Counted from the whole stretch's first letter, positions 11,425 through 23,491 are shown. The stretch: DNA of 61,810 bases, filler included, from Globobulimina sp. (GCA_003354225.1; 7 parts of 7 records of this genome joined end to end with filler, not necessarily neighbours in it); one strand, 5' to 3'. Made by a program: numbers and translations. Notes: generated by a model from the sequence alone, not told the origin.

Positions 11425-14400
11425 TTACTTATTTTTATTTTTATATGCACATCCCATCGAACTGCAATATTTCCATAATTCATTCAATTCAAATCGATCG
11501 TTAAAATAAGATTTAATTTGACTGAGTCTATTTTCATTAATAAAATGATATCTATACTTTTGTAAATAAACCCATAACGATACATTATGGGTATGTGTCC
11601 ACTTTTTATTTTGATTAAATTCTAAATTTTTCTCCAATATATCATCATAAACTTCATTTCTAAGTTCATCCAAATCCAAATCAATGATTGGTAAAAGTCT
11701 ATTTGTTCCATCCTTTGCTTTAAAAGTTCCCTCAAATAATTGCAAATTAAATGTGCCAGTAAATATTTTTTCTAACTCATTAAAAACATCAGGATACATC
11801 AAAGAATACGGCTCCCATTCAGGTTGTATTCTTTTTGACTTTTCTTTCCGTCCCTCCTCAAGCCAATATTTAAAACATTTATAATTTGCAGCAAATTCAA
11901 ATATTGCTCCATTTATATATGCCAATACTACTCCTTGTCGACCAAATTTCCATCGATATATATTTAAAAGATTATTGCGTGCCTCTAAACCCATAATTCC
12001 TAAAATAATTATATATTTATATATTAAAAAAAACTACAAACCAAAATATAGTATATAATTTGGTACCAATATTAGGAATTGCACGGTCACACAATCCACA
12101 ATTAAATAACATCATAAGATGGTTTGGCAATAATTCAATGTCTCGACGATTCCTGTATCCAAACGAATAATGATTATATACTGGATCTTGATATTTATTT
12201 TGTTTACAATCTTTTGGCTCGAATCTATTTATATATTATTTATATATTATTTATATGATAGTTATATACTATTTATATATTATTTATATATTATTTATAT
12301 AATAGTTATATACTATTTATATATTATTTATAACATACAAATAATCTGTCCATGTTCGCCAATGTGACTCCATTTCGCATTGGAATTGAACAGGAGATGA
12401 AAATGGCATTTTTAATAAAGATTTTATTTTATCACAATCACTATCTCTCATTTCCAAAATATGTTTCGCCCACCAAAGAGGCATACAAATAGGTGCAGTA
12501 TAACCCGGTATAACATCACATTGTATTTTACCATTGGGGTATTTTAAAGATCGTCTGTAATAAAGATCAAAATCATGCACGTAACAACCTTTGCCAAGGC
12601 CAAGCTTGACGCAATCAGCATTCCTCCCTTCTTTATATTTATCATATTTGATCGTATCAATATCATATCCAACGTCTTGCTTATATGCATTTTTTACATC
12701 ATCAAATTCAAATTTACCCATAAGAAATGCAAAATAATTTGGAATATCACAGGGCGCTAAATGAATTATTGCTTGTCTCATATTTACTTTCATTCTTTCT
12801 TTATCATCGTCTGTAATCTACAAAGATACATGCATTTATATACTATTTATATAGCATTTATAATACATCTATATAGCATTTATAATACCTTTTTAGTAAT
12901 ATTTTTATTTGACACTTCCCAGCATTGATGAAATGGGCGATCTGCCAATCTGGTTTCGTTTGTGTTTTTTACATATACACGGAAGGTATCAATATTATCA
13001 TCGCCGTATATATCCTCTCTGTCAAGCAAATATTGCGTCAAACCCATTTCATATTGTTTGCATGGATAATGTTTAACATGCGGTAAGTCATGGCGTCTGG
13101 TTTTTTCACAACGATCCCAAAAAGCTAATCTACTTTCTGCGGATATTCTGTAGTATTTAAGTGCGCGATATCGTCTCTTTGCAGTGATTAATAAACTTTC
13201 CCGATGAAAACCACACGCAGTTGACTATATAAACAATATGTAAATTATATATAAATACAATGTAAATATAATATAAATACTATGTAATTATACCACTGCC
13301 AACATTAATTTTACCCATGCCGTTAAATTATAATTCCATCTTCTTTTCCGGCCTGTTTTGGGATCACATTCAGGAAACAATATTGATTTCTTTGTTTTTT
13401 TATCATAATGTTCTTGTTCTAACCCGCCCATAACTAGTTTGCACACATTTTTGTTTACACCCAATCCATCCGTTCTTATTTGAAATCCTTTTTTTTCTTT
13501 TTCACATTTTTTCATATTTTCTTTGACAACACGCTTCATGACCGGAATAAAAGTACCATGCCCTTCACCTTTTGGTACTATTCCTTGATGTAATATAAAA
13601 TTGGGCCCTGTTGAAACTATTAAATATGAACATGGAATTGGTTGATCTGTCGATAAATCTGCACTCTCATCAAATGTTTCATTGTATTGCGATTCACCAA
13701 TCTCTTTGATATCATCCTGTTCATTTTCTTTTGTTTCATCTACATTTTTTTTTAATTCTTTCCATGGATTTCTTGCAGATAATATATGCGCATCGACTTT
13801 ACCATATATATTACGAAATGATTTCTCTGTCCAATCAACTAAAAAGATTTTGTAATCAATGCGCATTAAGGCATTTCTAATCAATTCTATTTATATAGTG
13901 TTTATATACCATTTACAAACTATTTATATACTAATTATAGATAAACATACGATTTGCTTTACGCAATATAAACTTTAACATCCATCGCTTAAAAAAATCA
14001 AAATGACCCCGGTTACAAATACTTTGCATAACTAAATGATCTAAATCGTGTTCGGGATAATATAATTCTTCTTTGTTTAATACAGTTTGAATTTCCCCCA
14101 CACGTTGGTTCATAAAATCAGTGACCCATTGAGACACTTTGGAATTTTGCGTTTTTAATGAATTTTTTAAAATCCATGATATCTATATATTGATTATATA
14201 TTATTTATATATTATTTATACGCTAGTTATATACTATTTATATAATATTTACATGTTATTTATATATTTTTATATGTTATTATTTATATATTATTTATAT
14301 ACTTATTTATATGATATTTATATATTATTTATATAATATTTACATATTATTTATATAATATTTACATATTATTTATATACATACCAATCGTCCAGTGATA

Positions 14401-14852
14401 AACATACCGCCAGTGCCAATACTAAATATTCTGCGTGTTTTGCCACCATCATATTCTACATACACCTTCGGTACACTAAGGACATCTTCATCTAATACGC
14501 GTATATTACGACAGAATTGTAGAGCAGGCGAGCATTTATTACTTCGTAGACATCGAATGCGTGATGACATAACTCGAATGTTACTGTTCAAACTAACAAC
14601 ATTATGATAAGCTCCTTTATTTAGACGTTCTTGAAAAGGACAATAATTTCCTGCAATTTCTTTACATTTCCGGGACCCGCAGAAACCTTTAATACTTGCA
14701 ATGTCACGGTCCATATATATTTTGCCTTTGTTAACATTTATATTATGAACATGTTGCAAAGTTGCATTCGTTGTTAGTAACAGCGCATTTAATCCATCTT
14801 GCACTGTTCTAGTCTGTTGATTAATCATCTTTGCGCTTTTTGAAAAACGCAT
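11425..14852 (-). CDS. DDE transposase (MULE/hAT-type CxxH signature), 7 exons, 946 aa
   Basis: Exons 14852-14385, 14182-13951, 13886-13294, 13224-12889, 12817-12339, 12224-12067 and 11999-11425 (2841 nt, open). Cys-rich N-terminus, then FDESAD, IRTDG 67 aa later, CGFHRESL and GIMGLEARNN. Confidence 0.72.
14183..14384. repeat. Longest intronic ~11-bp tandem array (consensus ATTTATATA[T/A/C]T)
   Basis: tattatttata-type units fill the 202-nt intron. Similar arrays occupy most introns between 9262 and 17443. Confidence 0.85.
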
Positions 14853-14938
14853 TGTAACCGGTGTAGAGTGATAAAGTGATTTAGACTGCTTTACACTTTT
14901 CAAAAAACACTTTACTTTGTAGTCGAATGACACAAACT

Positions 14939-17618
14939 ATGGCTACTGGAAGAGTCAGTCTCGACAGCATCACAGGCAACGCAGCAGAGTTCGATACGTT
15001 TGGCGAATATTGCTTGTTTAAATTGCGGATGATATTGCAACAAAATGAAGATTTTGCGGCAATCCCAATCCAAATGAATATTGGAAAAATTTGGAAATCT
15101 CGGTTTGTCATTAAATTAGCTGCGCATTTGCCAGAGCATACACGGCAAATAGCAATTGGTGGTGCGGCCTTAGATAAATCGTTAGACGGATATGAGCCGC
15201 AAAAAATTAAAAAATGTTGCCCCGTATTGTACGCTTTAATATATGACAAAGAGAACAAAGATATGCGACTAATATGCAATGAATTTGAAGAGACTATGAG
15301 TGAATGGCATGAGGAGATTAATGCATATAGAATGTTTTACATGCAACGACTTGATAAGACCTATAATATCACCAATAACAACACCAATAATAACCATAAT
15401 ATCAACAATAACAACATCAATAATAACAACACCATTGCAGGTATTGCGAATTTGCGTTATATTTATTGCGAATTTGCGTTATATTTATATATTGTTTATA
15501 TAGTATTTATATACATATTTATACCCTAGTTATATACTATTTATAACTTTATTTACTATATATAGAATTTATTCCATCCGCCACCGCAAATATTATTCTG
15601 CCACCCATTAGCAGCTTTATGGAGGCTCCCTTAACCCCACAACAAATGCCAAAGACCACTCCCATAACGATGATAAAAGATAAAAAAAAAGAAAAGGCTG
15701 AAAAAGAATTGGCAGAGAAAATAGAGAGAAAGGCAGCAATACAACGTTTAAAGAATTATTCTAAGTTTTTTAATTGGGCGGCCGGTATGTTTATGACATT
15801 AATACGTCCTCATTTGCTACCAGAGGAGGTTAGTTTGCTCATTGTGTATCGAGAGAATTGGTGGGTTATTAATAAGGACATCGTTGAAAATTGTGTTTTA
15901 GATTTAACTGCAGAGAAAAAATTAACAAATGTTAATAGTAAGGAAGCATTGTTATTTTTACACGTTAAGTTATATATAAATATATTATAAACAATATGTA
16001 AATATATAGTAAATGATATATAAATATATTATGAATATAATTTATAACTTATGTAATATTTACATATTATTTATATAATAGTTATATACTATTTATATAT
16101 TATTTATATAGAAAAAAGGTAAATTAAATATTATTAATGGACTTAAATTAAAATGCCATACTGATTACAGCTCCTTTAAATTCGGCAGTCCGTGGATTAA
16201 TGCTGAATCTTTCAATATAAATGGTCTTGGAAAGCATTTCGTCGGTGTCCCTAAAAACAGAGAGAATGATACGTGGCGTGAAGACCATCCAGATATTGCG
16301 GGTGTATTACGGTTATTTATATATATTTATATTATATTTATATATTATTTATATAATATTTACATGTTATTTATATATATATATATATATTTACATAGTT
16401 ATGCTGTTAGAAATGTTATTAATTATGCTGTTGATGAATATATGGAGCATGAAGTTATTGCGAAGTATGAGAAGGGAGTAATTGGATATAAGCGAAGAGT
16501 CGCTCGTGTCAATAAAAATTATGAAAAGAATATCATTAAATATGAAGGTAAAAGCAGAGGAGCGAAAAATGAACCAACCGTTAACGTACAATATACTCAA
16601 AGATTGGTCGACGAAAATGGACAAATAACCACAATGAAGATTGATGAACAATTAAAAGTATCAAAATTAGATCATCATTTGGATTTTGGCATATCTCTTA
16701 TTCCTGAATATGTTGGCGTTTTTCAGGATAACGCGCCAGTGCCTACGAAGCACCATTTGACTGAACAATATCTGAGCAAATTCATACTGTTTGGATATGT
16801 CCCCGGATTAAATTTACATCCGTCATATATCACTGACACATTAGAAGTCTTAGGACTTGTTGACATGACAAGTATGATATAAACACTATATAAATATCAT
16901 ATAAATATCATATAAATATTATATAAATAAGATCAAGATGATGATGTGGTTCAAAGAATGTATAAGTGGTCCCGGGAACCACCGCCACCGTCAAAAGATG
17001 AAAAAGAAAACGGTAAGTGTGTCATACCTTTATATAAATTACCTGCTTTGAATCAGCGTCATAAACTTTTATTAAAAAATCCATTACCCCGTAACATTAC
17101 AAAACCATTTTTATCGCGTGAAATACTTCTATCTAATTCAAAATATAAAGAAAAACGCGATAAAATTAGAATTAAGAAGGAAAAAAAGATGAAAAAGGCT
17201 GGAAACAGTAAAAGGGAAATGGATAGTGATGAATTGGACGATTTTGAAACTACGCTAACTGATTTTGTGCAAACTGCTGCTGAAAAGTATGGATATAAAC
17301 GAAACAACTCTCAACGAAATGATGATCCTTCACAATATGAAGAATCCCCAAAGCGCAAAAGTTATGATTTTATTTATACAATATTTATATTATATTTACA
17401 AATTATTTACATCACATTTATATACCATTTATATATTAATTAGGCAGGAATAAAGGAGATCCTGATATGATGGACGTTGACAGTGAGGAAGAAAAAAAAG
17501 AAAAAAAAAAAAAGAAAAAAAGTAAAACAGGAAAAAAAAGAAAAAAAAAAAAAGAAGGAAAAGAAGAAGGAAAAGGAAAAGGAAAAGAAAAAGACAAAGG
17601 AAGAGGAAAAGGAGAAGG
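14939..17618 (+). CDS. TGRxSLD-domain protein C, at least 6 exons, Lys-rich tail, 3'-truncated
   Basis: Exons 14939 (or 14927)-15440, 15566-15963, 16112-16311, 16399-16871, 16932-17360 and 17444 to the contig end. All introns are GT-AG and the phases are consistent. N-terminus MATGRVSLD. Confidence 0.75.
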
Positions 17619-17718
17619 NNNNNNNNNNNNNNNNNNNNNNNNNNNNNNNNNNNNNNNNNNNNTTAATTAATTAANNNNNNNNNNNNNNNNNNNNNNNNNN
17701 NNNNNNNNNNNNNNNNNN
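17619..17718. other. Artificial contig spacer
   Basis: N44-TTAATTAATTAA-N44. Confidence 0.98.
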
Positions 17719-18213
17719 GATGATATTGGTAATGGATTATATGATAAATATGGAGCAACGGGTTGGTCCAAAGCGGATCATAACGGTCAAAATAAAAATG
17801 GAACAAAACATAATATTGTTGAATTCCAAAATATATTCCCCAGTCATTCAAAAAAAAGCTCAACACATATTTTAAAATCGTTTACCATTAAAAAGACTGC
17901 ATTCTTGTTAAGGTACTACCAATATGATTATATCTTATTTAATTTATCATTGCCAGAATGGATTTGCCAAGTTATATCTAATGAATATGAACAAATGACC
18001 ATACTTATGCCACAACAAATTCATCGGAAAAATGCGATTAGATTGAAAAAAACAAACAATTTGCGAGTGTTGAGGACATCTGTTGCAGTCTACTCAGAGC
18101 TTCTTCAATTATATGTTACATTGAAAATATTTCCATCATATCTTCAACCAACATGTATGCCATTATTAACACATTGTGTTCAATACGGTGAATGTCCTCA
18201 AACGTTTAAGTAA
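17719..18213 (+). CDS. C-terminal fragment of a probable carbohydrate sulfotransferase (Sulfotransfer_2-like)
   Basis: Frame is open from the contig start: DDIGNGLYDKYGATGW...HSKKSS...LRYYQYDYILFNLSLPEWIC, a typical Y..D[YF]..F...P ending. Confidence 0.5.
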   Translation, partial: DDIGNGLYDKYGATGWSKADHNGQNKNGTKHNIVEFQNIFPSHSKKSSTHILKSFTIKKTAFLLRYYQYDYILFNLSLPEWICQVISNEYEQMTILMPQQIHRKNAIRLKKTNNLRVLRTSVAVYSELLQLYVTLKIFPSYLQPTCMPLLTHCVQYGECPQTFK

Positions 18214-18267
18214 TTTAACGCGAAAACTAAGGTTAACTACGTTGTGATATTTAATTAAATTAACTTT

Positions 18268-19434
18268 TTACAACATATTCAAGTTCTTCCCTTCATTTAT
18301 TAATAAATCCTTAGGAACAGAAGACTTTTTACCAAATGCATATAAAACTGTACCAATGTTGACAACGGCCGCAGATATTCCCATAATCCATGTAAAACAT
18401 TGGTCACTATGAGAATGACAAAATACTATACTTACAACAGCAAAACATAGAACCGATTGCAAAGCTTTATTAACCGCAGCAGTGACTGATGATGATATAC
18501 CTACAACATAATAAAAGCCGATATAATGTGCAGCGAGAAAAAATGCTTGTAAACTCCAATAAAATATTATCAATTTGTAACTTACTTTAAAATGATCACT
18601 GACAAAATTATTAAACTGTCCAGCAACACTATACATTGCAATATATGATAAAGAAATAAATAAACCAATTATTCCAACTCCTGTGGTAATCTCCCATTCA
18701 GTAATAATTATATTTAATTGTTTATTTTGTTTAAGATCCAATGCACGTTCGGAGAATACGTACATTGCTGCATCACACAAGGCCGCTATTAAAGTTGCAA
18801 ATATACCAAATATTAGTTTGATATTAAATTCATTCAATTCAGAGTCAATACATGTAAGTGCCAACCCAACAGTAATGAAAATAATTGAAAACCATTGTAA
18901 ATTCGTTAAGTTTTTCCTAAATAAAATGTATATATATTTGTAGGATTAGTGAGATGGAGATGGACATTTTCGGGTTAGAGATCACAATGTCACTAAGCCG
19001 ACAAATACCGGACCTGTTACCGGTCCATGGCTGTACCTTAAATAGAATTTACGGATTAATCCTGTGAATATTGTAACTGATGAATATAGGACAATATAAA
19101 TCGTAGCTCCAGCAGCTTCATAAGCATATGCCGCTGCACATACATCAAATACATCAAATAGAGCAATTGGTAAAATGTATTTCATTTTAATCCATGATAA
19201 TTGTAACAATGGAACGTATTCTTTATCCATTTCATTCAATTGGGTCCGCTTTACATAATCAATTATCACGGGAATCATTGAAAAACATACCATCCCAGAA
19301 TATTGAGATACATTTGCTAAAAAGGACCAAGGGTAATTACCTCCAATATATGTTTCTTTTTGATATAATAATACCATTGGCGGCCCAGTGAAAAAGAACG
19401 ATGACTGAACCAGTATTTGCATGACAACAGACAT
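18268..19434 (-). CDS. Drug/metabolite (DMT, SLC35/purine-permease-like) transporter, at least 2 exons
   Basis: Intron 19036-18917 joins ..IYIVLYSSVTIFTGLIRKFYLR|KNLTNLQWFSIIFITVGLA.., giving about 10 TM segments. The start is uncertain. Confidence 0.75.
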
Positions 19435-19577
19435 GGTCCAATACTGAGATCGAAAAAAATGACGGCAACCAAAAACATGACTGTCAGCTTCATGAAACCT
19501 GCAAAGATAAATGCATAAGTTGGTATTACAGTATTGCAACAGTAAAAGATGTAATTGAATGCAGATAAAAATCATTA

Positions 19578-20687
19578 TTATTTCTCTGATTTTCCATACA
19601 TGCATATGCATTGATTACAGAACCATTTATCATTTGGTACAGTACTCAATCCTACACATAACAAATGAAACGCATGTGGACACCCATCACAACACACCAA
19701 TTCTCCGCAGTTGCCACATTCATAACATATATCATCGTGATTACTCCCACCATCACTTCCAGCATCATCATGAAAAGAATTAACAAAATCACTGGCGTCG
19801 AATTCAGCCTTACTTACCTCATAACAACCTCGAATCAAAAACAATTCCTCTCTCAACCGCCTTCTTGCTGTGTTTGTCCGTTTAATATCATCGTTATCCT
19901 CAACATCTGCTAAAATATCAAACATATCATCCAAATTAAATCTCTTTGTGCCAATCCTAAGCAATGCCTCTTTTAATGGATTTTTGATCACTTTTAATTT
20001 TATTCTCCATTTTCCCTCCTTTTTTTCATCTGTACAAGAAGTTATTTGCCAATGTATCGGTGCAGGGGATATATATGCTGATAAATTAGTTGTTGATGCA
20101 GTACATGTCAATTGTTGTTGAATTACCTCAATTACTTGCGTAAATTGGGGTTGTTTATTCATTAAATATGTTAACAAGTGTATGGAGTGTGTATGCGATG
20201 TAGTCACAACGCTATGATATTCCATTGAATTTAACCACCTATCAATTTGTGGATATTTCTCTAATAATAATAAGACAATTTCAATTGGATTATCATTCGC
20301 AAATATTTTATTATTGTCATTGTCATTTGCTTCATCTGATTGTGTTTCTGTATAAATTCGGACTTGCTCTTGATTATTATTTTGAAACTGATTTATATTT
20401 TTTGTCCCTCGCACAATTTTTAAACATTTTTGTATTCGGTTACAATAATAATCTCGCTCTTTTTTATATTTATCTCTTTCTTGTTTTATTAAATATATTT
20501 CTTTTCTTAGCTGCCGATTTTTTTCAAATATATTTTGGATACATTTATTTAATTTTCTTTTTTGTGGTTGTGGGGATTCATTAATATTATGATTTGATTG
20601 TGAAAATTTCCTTTTTTTTGCATTCTTGTTGTTTTTGCAATGTTGGTTATAATTATTTCTTTTCTTGGTGAAGGATTTCGGTTTCAT
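19578..20687 (-). CDS. PHD-finger protein
   Basis: C-terminal C4HC3 finger DICYECGNCGELVCCDGCPHAFHLLCVGLSTVPNDKWFCNQC. N-terminal basic/coiled-coil region. Confidence 0.85.
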   Translation of the reverse strand: MKPKSFTKKRNNYNQHCKNNKNAKKRKFSQSNHNINESPQPQKRKLNKCIQNIFEKNRQLRKEIYLIKQERDKYKKERDYYCNRIQKCLKIVRGTKNINQFQNNNQEQVRIYTETQSDEANDNDNNKIFANDNPIEIVLLLLEKYPQIDRWLNSMEYHSVVTTSHTHSIHLLTYLMNKQPQFTQVIEVIQQQLTCTASTTNLSAYISPAPIHWQITSCTDEKKEGKWRIKLKVIKNPLKEALLRIGTKRFNLDDMFDILADVEDNDDIKRTNTARRRLREELFLIRGCYEVSKAEFDASDFVNSFHDDAGSDGGSNHDDICYECGNCGELVCCDGCPHAFHLLCVGLSTVPNDKWFCNQCICMYGKSEK

Positions 20688-20836
20688 TACTAGTATTTAT
20701 TATGTTAGCTGACAAAAACGTTAAACACAGTACGTAGCCGAATAAAGGCGCGTTTCTTCGCACTTACTACAAGTATATGTTACATCGGTCTTTATCATTA
20801 TATGTTACAACAAGATTCTATACATATGTTACATTC

Positions 20837-22330
20837 TCAGTGCATTGAAAACATCAATTCATCATTTTGCAGAGTGTGTGTGTCTTTATCTTTATGTTTA
20901 TCGTCCGGATCCCCACTATAAAATAAATATGAATAATCGGTCATATCAATTCCTTTTGTCTCATGTTTTAACATAAAGGTACAGACAGTAGCAACAACTC
21001 CTGCTAATCCATATAAATAAAATGAATATGTAATATCATCATACTGTGAGATGTATGTGGTGGCCATACCAGCAAACCTACTCACTGCGGTTGCTAATCC
21101 TAAGGAAGTATTCCGAATATGTGTCGCATAAAACTCACTAAAATAAACATACAACGCTAAAAATGCCATTGATATACACATTCTAGAAAGAAATGCCAAC
21201 ATTACTTTGTATGCTACTATCCATCAAAACTAATGTTGACATAGCAAATACTGCATAACTAGCAATCAATGTATTTTTTCTGCCATAACGGTCTAATGTA
21301 AAGAATGCAATTAAGACACCTGGCAATTCACTAGATGTCGTTACAACAATTTTCCAATATTTTTGACTAACATCATCATTATTATTTGCTGTTATTTCAT
21401 CAAAAAAACGTTCGCTTAAAAAGCTTATTCCATAATAACCAAATACTGTCAAACATAAAATATTGAACAATAATATGCTTGATTTAAAATATTTGGCAGC
21501 AAATATTTCTTGAAATCTGCCTCCTGCCACAATAACATGCTCTTGGCGCAGTAACTTGATTTTATTCTTTCCCTTTAAATTCTTTTTATTTTGCACTAAT
21601 GCTTTATTTAAAATATCTTCGGCTTGTTGAATATTATTTGTTGTGGCTAAAAAGCGTGCAGATTCTGGTAATTGTAATGCAAAACAGAGAATAATACATA
21701 AAGGAAAGGATGATATTATTAAATACCATCTCCAGTCCAATAATTCCAAAGTAATCCATGCTATCAATGCATTGGCAGTACAACCAACCGCCCAAAATGA
21801 TTGCTGTAAAATTAGTAATCTTCCCCTTATCTCTGTTGGTGCATATTCTGTATATTTATATATAGTGATTTATAGTGGTTTATTACGTATATATTTGTAA
21901 TCTAACCTGCATATAATGTGTAAGAACATGTGGAACCACCTAAACAAACACCGACCATAAATCGAGTGAATATCATAAAATATATACCATTTGCAGCGGC
22001 AGATAACATTCCAAATATAATTTGAAAGAAATTTGAAACAATAATGCATTTTTTTCTTCCAAATCTATCACTCAAATTTGCCACCAATAATGAACCAACT
22101 AATTCACCCGCAAAATAAGAGGAACCTATGGTGCCGGATTGAGCAGTGCTTAATGACCATTCTTCTTTGAGTGTTGGCAACAAAAATGTTAATATCATAA
22201 TCTCGATAGCATCACCAGCCCAAAGGGAACCTGTAACCAACAATATTTTCCATTGGAATTTACCTACACCAATTGCTGAGATTGCCTCATCCACAGTATA
22301 TTCAGTGATGTTTGCCTCACTGTCAGCCAT
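20837..22330 (-). CDS. SVOP/SV2-like MFS transporter (apparent frameshift near 21190)
   Basis: YTVDEAISAIGVGKFQ, LSDRFGRK, intron 21906-21848 (LYA|EYAPTEIRG), PESARFL, DRYGRK, EFYATHIRNTSLG. Confidence 0.88.
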
Positions 22331-22634
22331 TGTTGTTTTCGCAAAGATGAAAAACTATAGTGTATATTTGGGAGTTGATATCGCTTTAATTTAATAGTTG
22401 GTAGACATATCGCTTTAATTTTTGCTTTATCGTAAAAATGCCTATTAGTAAATACTGATGATTTTGATTAGTAATGTTTGAAAACGTCATTAGTATTTGG
22501 TAAATTACATTACTTATATGTTGGAATCGTCATCCAAATTATTACATTTTTAAGGTCTTTAAAATAAGCAATATTCAACTCATAAATATACACTATATGA
22601 AAAACAGCTCATTATTTGAACTAACTACAGTACA

Positions 22635-23348
22635 ATGGATATTGAATTTGATTTTGCTGAAATTGTGGATGCATTGAATCCTAACGATCCAGTCAATAAT
22701 CAAACATTATCTATTGACAATGGCGTGGAATGCTCAAATCTTGACAAAAATCACAATAATCAACAAACTAAGCACCATAATAATAATAATAATAACAGCA
22801 ATAATAAGCTGACATCTTTGCAAATACAACCAAATAGAAATAAATGTAAACTAAAAATGAATAAGAAAGCAAAAAAGCGAGATTTAAGTGCAACAAATAA
22901 ATTATTGAACAAATTAAAAGATAGAAAGCAAGATAAATTATTCTCATTGGCACAATTTCTTCAGCGTAAGAATGGTGGGGATATATTTGGAGCTCATTTA
23001 TCTGAGGAACCCACATTGCAATGTCCGTGGTGTGGTGACAACAAAGGCTACCGATATTTTACAAAGCATTTAGCTCTAAAATGCACAGCAAATCCGATGC
23101 ATATGAATCAAAATGGATTGTCATTAAAAACAAGGGCCTCAAGAAAACGGTCCACGAGAAATAATGTTGATTACCAACAATATATGAATGATAATGAGAT
23201 TGCAGATGAAACCGAGGATGATGAATATCCGCCAACCAATCAACGAAACCATCGGAATTTAAGGACACGGAGAAATCATAGCAGACACCAATCAGATGAT
23301 GATTATGCGCCGACAGCACCGCAAACCAGAAGTAAAAGAAAACGATAA
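22635..23348 (+). CDS. Hypothetical protein with a C2HC-type zinc finger
   Basis: 237-aa ORF with CPWC-x9-HLALKC and a basic C-terminus. Confidence 0.55.
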   Translation: MDIEFDFAEIVDALNPNDPVNNQTLSIDNGVECSNLDKNHNNQQTKHHNNNNNNSNNKLTSLQIQPNRNKCKLKMNKKAKKRDLSATNKLLNKLKDRKQDKLFSLAQFLQRKNGGDIFGAHLSEEPTLQCPWCGDNKGYRYFTKHLALKCTANPMHMNQNGLSLKTRASRKRSTRNNVDYQQYMNDNEIADETEDDEYPPTNQRNHRNLRTRRNHSRHQSDDDYAPTAPQTRSKRKR

Positions 23349-23491
23349 TAATTTAAATTGTTCTATCCTTGCACCATTTTTTTAAGTGACTCAAGTGACT
23401 CAAGTGAACTAGTCATCATAGCATAGAAACCTATAAATTAAACAACTCAAAGTCCATCACAACCTGTTTCCCCAATACAAACTCTAACAAT

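Larger units (their letters stand above)
8861..17618. mobile_element. Multi-gene cut-and-paste DNA transposon (DDE transposase plus three related accessory genes); right end not assembled
   Basis: Spliced D-D-CxxH-E transposase, a foldback near the left contig end, and an element-specific intron repeat shared by all four genes. No TSD or second terminus is visible. Confidence 0.65.

Noticed and set aside
12170-16481. Ile/Tyr/Leu-rich ORFs (12170-12367, 14139-14336, 15300-15503, 16221-16481)
   Set aside because: Translations of the intronic ATTTATA arrays or alternative frames of real exons.
8861-17618. Virus, Polinton or Helitron origin for contig 2
   Set aside because: I recognised no polymerase, capsid, packaging ATPase, HUH Rep or helicase motifs. 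DDE-type motifs are present instead.
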